From Catajapyx aquilonaris (lineage: Eukaryota): 31,019 nt of DNA. Positions 10,126-21,900 of this stretch are shown here, one piece after another (positions within the stretch are counted from its first letter, which is position 1; every line of letters begins with the position of its first letter). Under the pieces are notes generated by a model. The model was not told the DNA's origin. It saw nothing but the letters and a program-made list of their open reading frames with translations, and did no database searches. The stretch lies in NCBI GenBank assembly GCA_000934665.2, contig KZ538243.1:62001-93019 (forward strand), written 5' to 3'. The position numbers and the translations under genes were made by a program.

Positions 10126-12350
10126 TATTTTAGAGGTTAATTGGTCGAGTTGATACTATATCGTACAAAAATATTGAGATATGATTTTGCATGAAGGCGA
10201 AATTCAATAGTGTCTCAATTTTTTTTACGTCACTTTCAACTAATAATGTAGGGAAGACTATAGGATTGGATAAAAAATGGTTGTAGCAGTATATCTGAGG
10301 TGTCAGTGGGTCAGAAGGGGTCAGAAATGTCACAAGTTGGGTCATTCATTGCAATTCCGGTCCTGAATGAATGAAGCATTCAAACTCATGCTGTAACAGG
10401 TGGGAAGTTACTGTAATAAGGCAGCTGAGTGCCACAAAATAGCTACCCACTACACTCTCATACCCAGCTCATTCCTCTATATGAGAAGTAGGCCTAACAC
10501 TTTTTCTATAGTTTTACTTCTATCAAAAGGTGAAAAATCACAATCTTCCGGCAAACTTACTTAGGTATTTGGTTTATACAAAGGAACGGAAATAAATAAA
10601 CAAACTGCTGTATCAGCTAACACGTTTGATAACTGATAAGAGTAGCTGTTCCAAAGTGTAGGGCGAAAAAATCGCTAAAACAGTGGACCTCAAATTTTTC
10701 ATTCATTCATTCATATCTTCCCATATAGAGGGGTAGCCAGCGGTGTCCAGGTTAGACATGACCACCACGTATGACCAACAGAATGAATGAGGTGGCCAGA
10801 ACCTCAATTGAACATCATGTATTGACATCTTGCGTACAACCTGTTTTACTTTGAACTGCTGCACTCATATTTTTTGCTTGTCTGTACATTTTTTTGGGGC
10901 GATGATGTTAAGGAGGCACTTGAGTCGTAAGTGTCAGCACCAGGCGCTATTAGCCAGGATAAAGTGCACTTTGTTCGTGGTCGTATGTACTCAGGTGGAA
11001 ACTTATGTGGACATCACAGCGTGTCATTATTAGCTGTATAGTGCCTGCTGTTTATGCATGGCGAGTCAGTAAATCTGTCACTGAGCTGTGAAGCATTTTA
11101 ACAGTTATGCCTTGGTATTGTATATAGTCAGTTCTGGGCTACACGAAAAGCAGCTATTTGCACTGACAGCTAGTGGACCACTGGTGACCCTTGACCTGGA
11201 ATGGCAATGGTTCCGCATAATCACTTCGCCACGTGATGCTGTGGGTTACTTTTTTCTTACACAATGCAATTTTTCCTGCGATTTCATTAATTGTTTCGCC
11301 TAAATGGACGGACAAATCTCACATTAATTTCTTGAGTCAAGATGAGCAGAAGGATGATATAAATTAAATCGGTTGGAGAGTAGGTCATATTAAATTGATC
11401 AGGTCCGGAAATTTGGATTCAGGACCTGAAAGACCCGCTTCGATTCAATTTAATAGCTATGTTCTCACAGAAAAAATAACTGCTTGTCAAAATGCGCCTA
11501 ATGGCGACATTAATATGAGAATTGAGCTTCAGCTCCCTGTATTTAGTATGTAAAATTTACCGTGGCAGATTGAAGGTGAAATCCAATCCGATGTAAAATG
11601 ATATGGATTAGTTGGGCCAAGTAGAAGTGTGATGCGCCGATAGAATAACACCCATTCAAATTAGCGATTAGGCACCCCCTTGCCCTCTGGCGGTAATCCC
11701 CTGTGTATTGTCCGGATTACCTAACCGCCGGGGTCGCCTCCGACAAACAAAATGAAATCGTCCTGCCCATTATTACCATAATTCGTCAACTCGTTTTTAC
11801 GATACTACGTGTGATGGAGATTTCCTCTGACGAGACCAAACTGGGCGATAACAATCGGTTATAATTCCACCCCCTCCCCCGATTACGAGGCATGGAAAAC
11901 AATGCCGTGTTACCTCCACGCTTAACTGACTTTCACATACCAAACAATTACTCGCTCCCATTGAATGGACTGGGAAATGGCGGCCACACCTGTTGACGTG
12001 TTATTATTTTAAAAAGAAGTCAAGTCAGGCGACGACGAGTCGAGACCTCGTGGAAAAGGAGGTCTCACGGAGGGACTTTTCTGACGTTGTTTATGTCTTG
12101 CCCATTGGCGATACGTACGGTGATGTCTTGCGAAACAATGACTGATTTTTCGGTGCAATTCGTTCTCCAGCATTGCATGTGCCTACATTGCAATATTTCA
12201 CAATCACTGCATTTATAGTCGGCCATATAGCCATAAATTCCACGCATGCGTCGATTACTCTAACCTAGGCGTTATTGGCCACCTCAGGTGAGTTCGTATC
12301 ATAGTGTCGGTTCAGGGAAAATACTACAGGATTTCTCGGATTTTGAAATA

Positions 12351-12772
12351 CAGTTGAATCCGGATATAACAGACTTCAAGGGACTGCAGAAAAAGTCTGG
12401 TATAGCCAAGGTCTGTTATAGCAAAATCGTCACTTTTGCAACGAATACGCAGTTTCTGCTTTCCATACCTATAATGCACACTATACTACATAGGCCATTG
12501 AAATCCATCAAAAATGCAATATTACCTCACCTAAAATTATGCAGCCTGACCAAAAATAAAGAAATCCGAAATTTTTTGTTGTTGTCTCCTTTTTGCCAAT
12601 TTTATGCCAGAAAAATTTAAAAAAATCCACCGAGGGGGGCACGAAATGGTCTGTTATAGCCGACGTGAATGAGTGTTATGTCAGGAGTAAATATAACACA
12701 GGGCCTTATGGATGTCGGGACCAGCCTTTCGAAGATCTGTTGTAGCCGAGGCTGTTATATTCGGATAGAGTT
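12351..12772 (-). mobile_element. Tc1/mariner (pogo/Tigger-like) MITE, copy 2, inverted relative to 6600-6983
   Basis: TA|CAGTTGAATCCGGATATAACAGACTTCAAGGGAC matches the reverse complement of the copy 1 right end; right end ccgaggctgttatattcgga matches the copy 1 left end; the terminal bases are decayed. Confidence 0.75.
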
Positions 12773-14475
12773 GGAAGACGCAAATTGAACCCGAAATACG
12801 CCATACTCCAGTAGGAAAATAAATTGCAACCTGGCCTTTAATTTACTAGTCCTATGGTGTCAAACTTATCCTCAGCTCGTAATTTGCCAACAACCCCGTT
12901 TCCTAATTTCCCACCCCCTATACTCCCCTCCCACTACCATCTCCTCCCAAGATCCGCCAACACTTCCTTGGCCCCGGGCAGAAGAGGTCGGTGGGAATTG
13001 TTTTGGTACCATGGGAAAGAGGGAATCCTGCGAGAAACACGGGGGCAACTTTGTGACCGCCCTTTGGCCCCCTAGAAGTGGCCATTGTGGTGGCCGACCT
13101 TGTACGCAACGGGTTTGCCCTCCGGTGCAATTAAGCGGGGGTGGGTCATCCCTCGGACTTTAAACTAACCGGATGGGGCCCAGGTGATGCCTTCATTTTA
13201 AAAAAAAAAAGAAGGAATGCATGGGAATTAGTGGTCGTCCCCACCCTGATTAAATAGTGCATGTGTGGGTTAGGTCGGCGGCACGCAATCCTCACGCAGG
13301 ATAACGTGTTTAGCATACACCCTTTTTGTAACAAGCACGTGCCCTTCTTTTCACCCTCTATTCAAAAGGCTGGTGCCCAATAACGATGGACATCGATGGG
13401 CGCGTGCCGAGGGGTTCAGGTGATCCAGATGGGATAACCGACCGTTTGGGTCTGCCACCAGAAATTTTTTAAAGGGAATTTTCAGGGGCATAATACCGGT
13501 TTTCCAGATGTTTCCAGCGTTCTTTTCTTCTGGCTTCAGGGGGGCATTCCAGGTTATTCCGTAACGTTCCTTGCACCCTCCCCCATTATGAAGGTAAGGC
13601 ACCGGGGGCACGTGCCGAAAACCCAGATGTCTTAAGGGACTTTTCCGTTAGGGTGGCCTTGCCCAAAGGTGGTCCAGGCTACCTTTTTTTTTCATTAGGA
13701 GAGCATCGCACCTGAATGGGAATGAAAAGGTTGTAAGGAGTGGGGGGGATATTGAAAAGAATCAAGTGCTGCATGCACATTGCGTGATGATGATGGCCAC
13801 TTTGTATGTGGGGTTTGTTCGGTATAGGGTCGTTGGTAAGATGCGCAGATGGTATATGAATATGTGACGTAAGCGGTGTATGGGGATGTGTGACAGGTGG
13901 AGGGAATATCGTCAAATGAAGTGGGCCTTGATGAGCCCATGTCAAGCTATGTTGGTGTCGGACACACAAACAGAATATGTTCATTTTGCGTCTTACATCG
14001 ATGTATCAGGTTTGCCATATAAATTAGAGGCTTGTTTGGCTGCAAATATTACAACATTCAACAATGCAATTTGTTATAGTTGAACACAGCGACGAGTCAT
14101 GTTTTTACCAGTTCACCTTCCGGCTGATCAGCACGCAATTTATTTGGTCAATCCGCCAAACCGCAATTTGATGCACCGCACGAGCAACTCCGCACAATAA
14201 TTAACACTCGTTTAATGCGCTTATACATTTTTAGCTATTCGGCATGTTTTTTTTTTGAGGGGGGGGGGGGGTCAATTTGTTACGCGGGCCGGTGGCGGAA
14301 ACTGAGGCTTCGGAAGGCGTATCTCATAGCGCCTCATCATCCAGTTTATGTAACGTTATAAACAGGTTTTTGGCTGTGGCCGTCCATCCCCGGGAGAAGT
14401 GTCTAGTAGCCGATGGTGGTGGTGGTGGGTGGTGGGTGGCAGAGCAAGGGCAGGCGAGGCAATGTGTGGTGTGTG

Positions 14476-14610
14476 TTCCCACGACGGCATTCGAGGGAAC
14501 TCCTTTCCCACGAGGCTCCGTTTCTGGTTCGTCTGCTCCGGACGGACTCGACTCTACTTACCGGAGAGGCTCCTGTCGATGGCCCTTCTGCTCCTCTCCA
14601 CTCTATAAGA
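14476..14610. promoter_or_regulatory. Candidate Notch-responsive promoter/enhancer
   Basis: Two TTCCCACG (=CGTGGGAA) CSL sites at 14476 and 14505, with a TATA-like TATAAGA at 14604. Confidence 0.4.
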
Positions 14611-14840
14611 ATTGGACCCCACCAGTCCACCACCACCACCACCACCAGCCAGGAGTCATTGGTCTAGTATGCACCTGATGCAGATCATATCAAAAAGATG
14701 GGGCCAACAGGAGGAGGAGGAGGAAGTCCATGGGGTGGTGGGCCTGATTTATGGATGGGAGAAGGGAAGAGGGAGGGGCTGTTTGTGTGGGCAGGTTGTT
14801 TGGTCAACACTTCTTCAGAGTGACGGCATGGACTGATGTG

Positions 14841-14841
14841 C

Positions 14842-14913
<72 letters not shown>

Positions 14914-14921
14914 AATAATAA
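14841..14921. repeat. (CAA)24(TAA)3 microsatellite
   Basis: Directly visible. Confidence 0.98.
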
Positions 14922-15061
14922 AGCATTGGGTAGGACAGTCAAGTGAATCTTCAACTAACCAAAAATATAATGGTAAATTGATGAAAACTTATGGGAAAAT
15001 GTAATAAAACAGATTCATTGATAATGATATATAGTCGACTGAATCTTGTATAGGTTTAGAG

Positions 15062-15520
15062 CAGAGGTTCTTAAACTGTAAGTTGCCTGACGACTAGAAA
15101 TAATTTTATCCGATTTTATGTACACAAAATGTTTAAAAAAAATGAATTTAATCATGACATGTGGATTCGAAATCCTTTCAAATTTAATGGACTCTGGATG
15201 ATGGTGTGGTATTCTAAAGAATTGCCTTATTGAATTGCAGAGCAAAGTGTTGCTCAAGCAAAATTTCTTCAATCAAAATCTTAATGATTTTGGTGCCATC
15301 AAATATACCCTGTCTTGGCAAAGAAAGCTCTCCCTGGCTCTCCCATTTTCGACAACCTATCTCTGTGAATCCGGGTTTTCAACTCTTGTCAGCATAAAGA
15401 CTAAAGCTGGAAATCGATTGGATGCCAAGACACGATATGCGCGTATAGCATTGTCTAACATTGCCCCTCGACTAACTACCGCAAACAGAAACGTCCATCA
15501 CATTGAAGTGATTTTGACAT
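15062..15520 (+). mobile_element. hAT/Charlie (ZBED5/FAM200-like) transposase relic
   Basis: Charlie-like left end CAGAGGTTCTTAAACT; translation LPFSTTYLCESGFSTLVSIKTKAGNRLD...IALSNIAPRL is the hAT dimerisation domain; truncated and degenerate. Confidence 0.85.
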
Positions 15521-15704
15521 TTTCATTTTTTTTGCGTGTATTCTGGATATGAAATTTTAAATTCAGATTGTCTTTGCACGAAACGGTTTCATTGGTTGTG
15601 TTTGTGATCATTTCAGTGAGTATAACCTAAACTAAAATGTGCAAACTTATCCTGCCTAAACCTAAAGTTTAGACCGGAAACATATAGGCATCTCCGCCTC
15701 TCCG

Positions 15705-15763
15705 CTCTTATTGGGAAAGATCTTATGGCCCGGTGCGGGCCATAAGATCTTTCCCAATAAGAG
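15705..15763. repeat. Perfect inverted repeat, 28-bp arms with a 3-nt loop
   Basis: ctcttattgggaaagatcttatggcccg-gtg-cgggccataagatctttcccaataagag. Confidence 0.97.
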
Positions 15764-18700
15764 AGGTGTGACAGCAAAAGTTTAAAACCCACTAAATTAG
15801 AGGATGAATGGCTCATACCAATCATATGTTGGTGAATCTAGGATAAATATGGCACGTTTAAAAAAAATGTCTGGCTTCTTGTCCGTCCTCCAATAAAAGC
15901 TGCGGAAACATTTCCCCATGCAGACGGTCGGTGTACGAACATTATACTTCCGTATAGATGATGGTATAGTTTATAATATGGTCCCCACGTTAATTGCGTG
16001 GTGTAACTTAGTGGACTGAAGCCCATTTTCTGTATAGGGTTCGTTGCAGGTTGAGCCCATGTCATCGTGTTATAAAGCAATATCAACACATTATCATAAA
16101 ACAAGAAGCTGCCCGTGCAATAACACCAGATTATACAGAGAATAAACACTAAACTACGGGGTGGTGAAACACCCTTATTAGAGAAGCCGTTGCGTCGTTT
16201 CTGCAAAATCACACATTGGCGATAAATAGCAGAAAATATTAATATCGCAATAATTAAACATAATTATGTATTCCTGTGTTCAAGTTATGCTTCGAATTGA
16301 TTTGATTATGTCAACAGCAGGTTAATTTTGAATTCGTATTGTGTGATGATGTCTGAGTTTTGTCAACCGATCCTCAATTTGTGAGTGGGACACGTGGCTG
16401 TGGCAGTATTGGGGGGGGGGGGGGGGNGGAAATAACAATGGGCAGCCCTGTATCTTCATTGCTGTGGAACCATGAAATGTGCTGGACGAGTGACCCCAGG
16501 AATGTTCAGCAGCAACAGAAAGGTTAAACTGCGAGCGTCTGCCTTGTCATTCTAGAATCTCCCCCTTAGTTCGTGGTGCTTGGGAGTCATTTCCAGTCCA
16601 AAGATTTTGTGAAACCTTGAGAAAAGTTTTTTAAAGGAAGGGTTCAGAGCAGGGTTGGAGTTTCTTACTGGGTTTATTCACGAGCAGAAAGTTTCAGGTA
16701 AATTGGTCTGTTGACGGGGACCTATACGTTTTATAGACTATATACCTAAAGGATTCTGGCGGTTGTATTTAAAAGCCTCGTTGTATACACTATATATAGC
16801 AATGTAGCTTTAGACATTTCCTTTTTTTCCGGACAACACCAGCCACATCTGGACAGTATATTAGTCGCCAGCAATGAAGTTATTGCAAATGAGGTAAGTT
16901 ATATGCTTTGGGGTCTGACAATTATTGTTTGCCGATTTTATTGTGGAGGGTTGTATTTTCTCCTCCACATCATCATCTAACTGCAAATGAAATTTTATTT
17001 GAAAGTTTAGCCTTTTCAGTTATAAATTAAGGCGTGGTATATCCTTGATGGCTGATTTAAATTTTTTTAAATAAACTAAATTGCAGGATGTTATTAATAA
17101 ATCATGAAATGATCTTGAAATAAAGCGAACTGCTTTTATTACAGGTAATAATTTTAAATTGAGCACATGGTCACCTTAAATTGACTCATTGAGTGCATTC
17201 AGTTTGATTCCATTCTGTTCGGGAATTATTATAGTGTATTATAGCGATTGGTTTAGGCATGATCATGAAGAAACGAGGGAATCTCGAGAAAATTATCACG
17301 AACACAACTCTAAGTCACACGAATTCATTCGATGGAATCTTTTCCTGCTGACTCGAACAATCTCAGGAATTATTAACTGGTAGTCCCTATTTATCAAAAC
17401 GAATTAATTACGGATAGCAGGATATCATGTGCAGCTCACATCTCAGGTGGCCGAATATTGGATTTTCACATAGCTTGTATGCAGTATATTTGCACACTTC
17501 TTGATTACAACTCTGGTTGCATAATGTGACTCGTTTGTGCTGTGTTGCGTTATATGAGCAAAGGATGGGCTTTAAAAAACAAGTGCTTGTGCAAGTACAA
17601 TTAAGGCTTCTCTGGACATAGGTCAAGGTCGAATTATCATTGTTTGCAGTGTCGTTATTTACTGCATGTTTCAAAATTGTTCATTCTCTACATGCTCATA
17701 GAATTTCTTTAACATTAAAGGGACTTTCGGCTGTGTAGTGTTAGTGTCCTGAAAGGGTGCGAATATAAAATCGCATGTACAGGGTTCTGAATAAGTTCGA
17801 CAGAGAACACTTATGACGCGTCATTATTAAATTTTTTCCGCAAATATATTGTACCAGTATGTCTGCGTTTTCTTCATGGCATATTAATCAAACCTTGCGC
17901 GCAATTTTTCGAAAATCCGTTGACAACTGAATACGACTTTTCCATTGTCCGCAAATAATATAATTCCTTTTGCGAAATTGACTGCATATCATTACCGTCC
18001 AGAGAAACGCTTTGTCCCTCAAGACTTGTGATTCATTCTTTCTGTTCGGCAAGTGTATAGACGCTGCCATTGCCGAAACCAGTTCCATCCAAGGACGACC
18101 AAGCGCACATGCCCGATTAAATGGAAGCTTGCACGCAAATTTTCTATACTGACGTGTTCATTGTTCCAATATGCTAAAATTATACGACCCGCGTGATTCG
18201 AGCTAGGACATCAAATGCGTCAATTTCTCAAATTATGATCTATTGTCCTGCAATCAGGATCAATCTATGAATTGATGCGGCATAATTTATTGCGACATTA
18301 TTGAGGCGTATTGTTTTGCAATGTGTTAGTTATGAAATAGTTTAAATTTGCGTATGTACATTATTCGTTGATGGAATACCTTGAGATGGCCTCATGTGTA
18401 GGAGGGCCAAGTAGGGGGGTGGTGGAGGAGGTGGTCATGTTCAGGTATGCAGGTATGGTATTGTGCATTGTGTGGGAGGAGTCAGTGGGCAGCCCATTTT
18501 GCGAACACATTGGCGGTCGGCTCCAGGAGACAAGCCCCCTCATCCAAGTGACGTAGTCCATTGTGGCGAAATTGAGTAGAGATTGGCCAGAAGAAAATGA
18601 TTTCCCAGGCTTTCCTTAGGCCTGAGAGAAAAGGGGGCGGGGGGAAATTGGGGGTGGGAAAATTTTAGTGGGAGGACGGTGTATGTGGGTGGGTGGTAGG

Positions 18701-18934
18701 GTTAAGGCAAAGGGATGAGATGGTTTAAGGATTGCCAGGTTATACCAACCACTTGTTGGCCGGGTCCAAACGGTGGTTCCTGTCAAAATCTAGACGGCCA
18801 TTTGCACGTGGAGTGAGTGATGGTAGTGATCGCGTATTGGTGACTCGGAAGTGCGGACAAGATGAACCAGATGTACGTCCCTGGACAGGTATGTCGACCC
18901 AAAATTTACTAAGGTCACATTACGGACAAAACGT

Positions 18935-18995
18935 CGCGTTTTAAACATAAATGTGGCCGGGGCCGCGTTTTAAACATAAGTGTGGCCGGGGCCGC
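18935..18995. repeat. 29-bp tandem duplication
   Basis: cgcgttttaaacataa[a/g]tgtggccggggc x2, one mismatch. Confidence 0.95.
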
Positions 18996-21900
18996 CCACA
19001 TTGTGCGAATCTGGCAGCGAACACGTTTTCAAGCCCAGAAGGGCCGGTGTAAATTTAATGGGGCATCTAATGAGCAAAAGGGGTGATTAGAATCTAACGT
19101 TGTTTGTGGGCGAGACCATCACTAACGCAATCTGTACTTTAAATTGCCATGTCGTCAAGCCCACGGAGCGTTAAGAAGAGGGGAGGTTTTGCATGCACCG
19201 GCATCATTGGGGTGTGGATTGGGGACCCCCTTCTCCTCTTTCAGGCTTCTGGTCCGTGTCCTCCAAGCCTTTTGGATTGCAATTTTGCGCATCGCGACCT
19301 GTGTCCGCTGCCGGAATGAATAAGGAGCCGGCCCAAACCCGGCCCTTTTTATTAACAATAAGGCGGGGGCCGGAAAAATGCAGGCAAAAATGTTGCGGCT
19401 TGGTTTGGAATGAGGAACTACAGGGTGAGACAGAAGAGGGAAAATTCTGGCTATTTTTGGGAGGGAAGAATATAGGCTGGCCGAGCTAAATTCAGGGAAT
19501 TTTTGGAAATTTTTCTGGCGGGATATGAGTAAATGTTACCCAATCCTTTTTATAAACAAAAAAATATCGAATACGAGAGGGGTGTGCGGCAAGAAATGTC
19601 TCAAAATTGCATTTTTTTTTCATATTCTGCATAAGAAATTGAGCTTAATCGGTGATTTGAAAAAAAAAAAAAATTGTACGCGATTGAAATTTCGGAGAAA
19701 TTTTCTCAATCTGTCTGCAGTGTCAAAAATGGAGGTAGAAATTTTGACTTCAGTTTCAATTCCTAGTTTTTCTCATGATTTGTGTACAATTTTTACACAA
19801 TCAGATATAGTTACTCCAGTAATTCAGATATTAAGCTGGTTGGAATAGGAAAATCATGCAAAAGCATTGAGTTCAATTCCAAGTAAATAAAAGAAATTTA
19901 AAAAAAATAATTACGGCGCTCTCTAATTTTTAAAATACTGTACCATAAGATAATGTTCGTGTTCTATTTTTAATAGCTATATTTTACCAGCATTTCGTTG
20001 ATACCTTTCCTTATGCTTCAGATATTGACACACCCTGTGAATCTTGAGAGCCTCGCCGGAATCTGAGAGTGTAAAACCAGATTAACTTTGAGGCGAATGT
20101 TATGCGGTCTGGCGATTCATGGAAAGAAAAACATACAGTCAGTTGTGATGTGTTTGAGTCAAGCTGAAAATTTCATTACGTATTACACGGTGGTCCACCG
20201 CACAGTGATGGCGGTCATAGCACGTGAAGAATGGCATTGGTTAATAGTATAATGTGCAACTTGTGTGGTTTCTGTCTGGGTCACCTTCAGCCGATGTAAA
20301 ATTCAAATCTTAATTGTCGATTTAATGATACTTTGCGAACTAATTCTGAAGGCATTGCGCCATCTTGACCCTCACTATCACACGTACAATATTTACTGAT
20401 GTTTCTCCCAAATTGTCGGATTTTCTTTAGCTCAATGGCCAACCAGGAGCATCGAATAGCTTACAATATAAATATTCTGGCCGGATTGGATAAATCTTCT
20501 AAGATAAAATAATTAGGCCTATTTTATGCTTTCATGGCGAGCTTGCAGAAGCTCATTAGTTACATGCAAAAAACGGAGACAAGTACTAATTATGACAAGT
20601 AATATATTTCATGAGTAATGGTAGGCTACCTACCGTACAGTATCTCTACAATGAGTACAGAAAAATTTATTCCTGTGGAGTGCGATATGGATAACCTTCA
20701 TGTCATACAAGCACGATATAGACATTAAAAAATACAGAAGACCTCGCCTCCATGATTAGGCCTATGTGAACCTGCCTTTCCGGACACCTTACTGATCAGT
20801 TGGCAAAAAAGTGGAAGTTTCTTAGCACGATGTGGTCAGCATATATGAGGGAGGTGTTTGAAATATTAAGGTCATTTTTTTAAAAAACCTCTTTCATTGT
20901 ATTTGCACGGTTCCAGGAAATATACCGGAAAGCCTTCATATCCCAAATATTTAATTCAAGGTTTTCTGCAAACAATGCTTTTGCATTAGCATAATAAATT
21001 GTACTTGCGGAATTGTATGCACCTGAACAACAGAGAGAGAGCTAGCCTAACCCTCCAATTTATTCTTATATGATGGTGTAATGGTAAATTGCTGGGCAAT
21101 TTAAAGCCCCATTCACGTATAGGCGATCACTTTTTGAGAGAAAAGTCCAGTGATCTTGTTATACTAAGCGATTGTGTTAGAAACAGCAAAACGGCGAAGT
21201 TAGCTTTTGGTGCCATGTGATTGCACCTTTATAATTTGACTGGACACTATATCTCACAAAAAGTAACCTTCCATCGACCGTAAGAAAGATTCATCGCCTT
21301 TTTTTTTGCGACCGTATATATACTGCACCTCCTAATTGATACAATGGGCTTAGCGATACCGTATCATTCACAAAAACTAGTAGGCCTTGTGTGAGTCCCA
21401 TCCAGTTGTTCGCATCCTAGTAACACGGCAACCCACACTCACGCATGATACATTCCAGAAACCGGCACCTCCCAAAACAAGGGTTGGATTCACAGCCTGT
21501 TGACACCGGGATCAAAAAATGCGGAAAAAAAGGGGCCAGCGTGGACACTAATATGTCCCCGGGGCGGTCGAAAAAGCACCCAGAGGACGGTAATGAGCCC
21601 AAACTACATTTCAGGTGGAGTAGGGAATACCCTCGCAGGCCTTTCCCACGTTAGAGCATATGGGAAGTTCCCCCGGGGCTTCCCAAACAGTGTTTCCGTG
21701 ACCAAACCGTGTGATACGTTCATTCATAGATCAGTGGTTTCGACCTCCTGCTCCTGGGTGTGATATGAAGCCAATCCGGGCATCAGCACCGCAGTTTTTT
21801 GGGGTGGGGTCCTGACACTTTGAATTCTGTAAAATTCCAGGATGGGGCTGACCAGGCACGTCCCGTGATATTATGGCCAAATGTTCCCTGAGGTCAAGTT

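Noticed and set aside
14081..14090. Partial matches to known miRNAs (miR-317-like TGAACACAGC here; miR-92 seed near 28873; miR-87-like near 16683)
   Set aside because: The matches are short, do not extend over the mature sequence, and lack a proper precursor hairpin
14685..14954. Poly-Leu ORF (also 27986..28315) as a membrane or signal-peptide protein
   Set aside because: The Leu runs are translations of the (CAA)n and (TTA)n microsatellites
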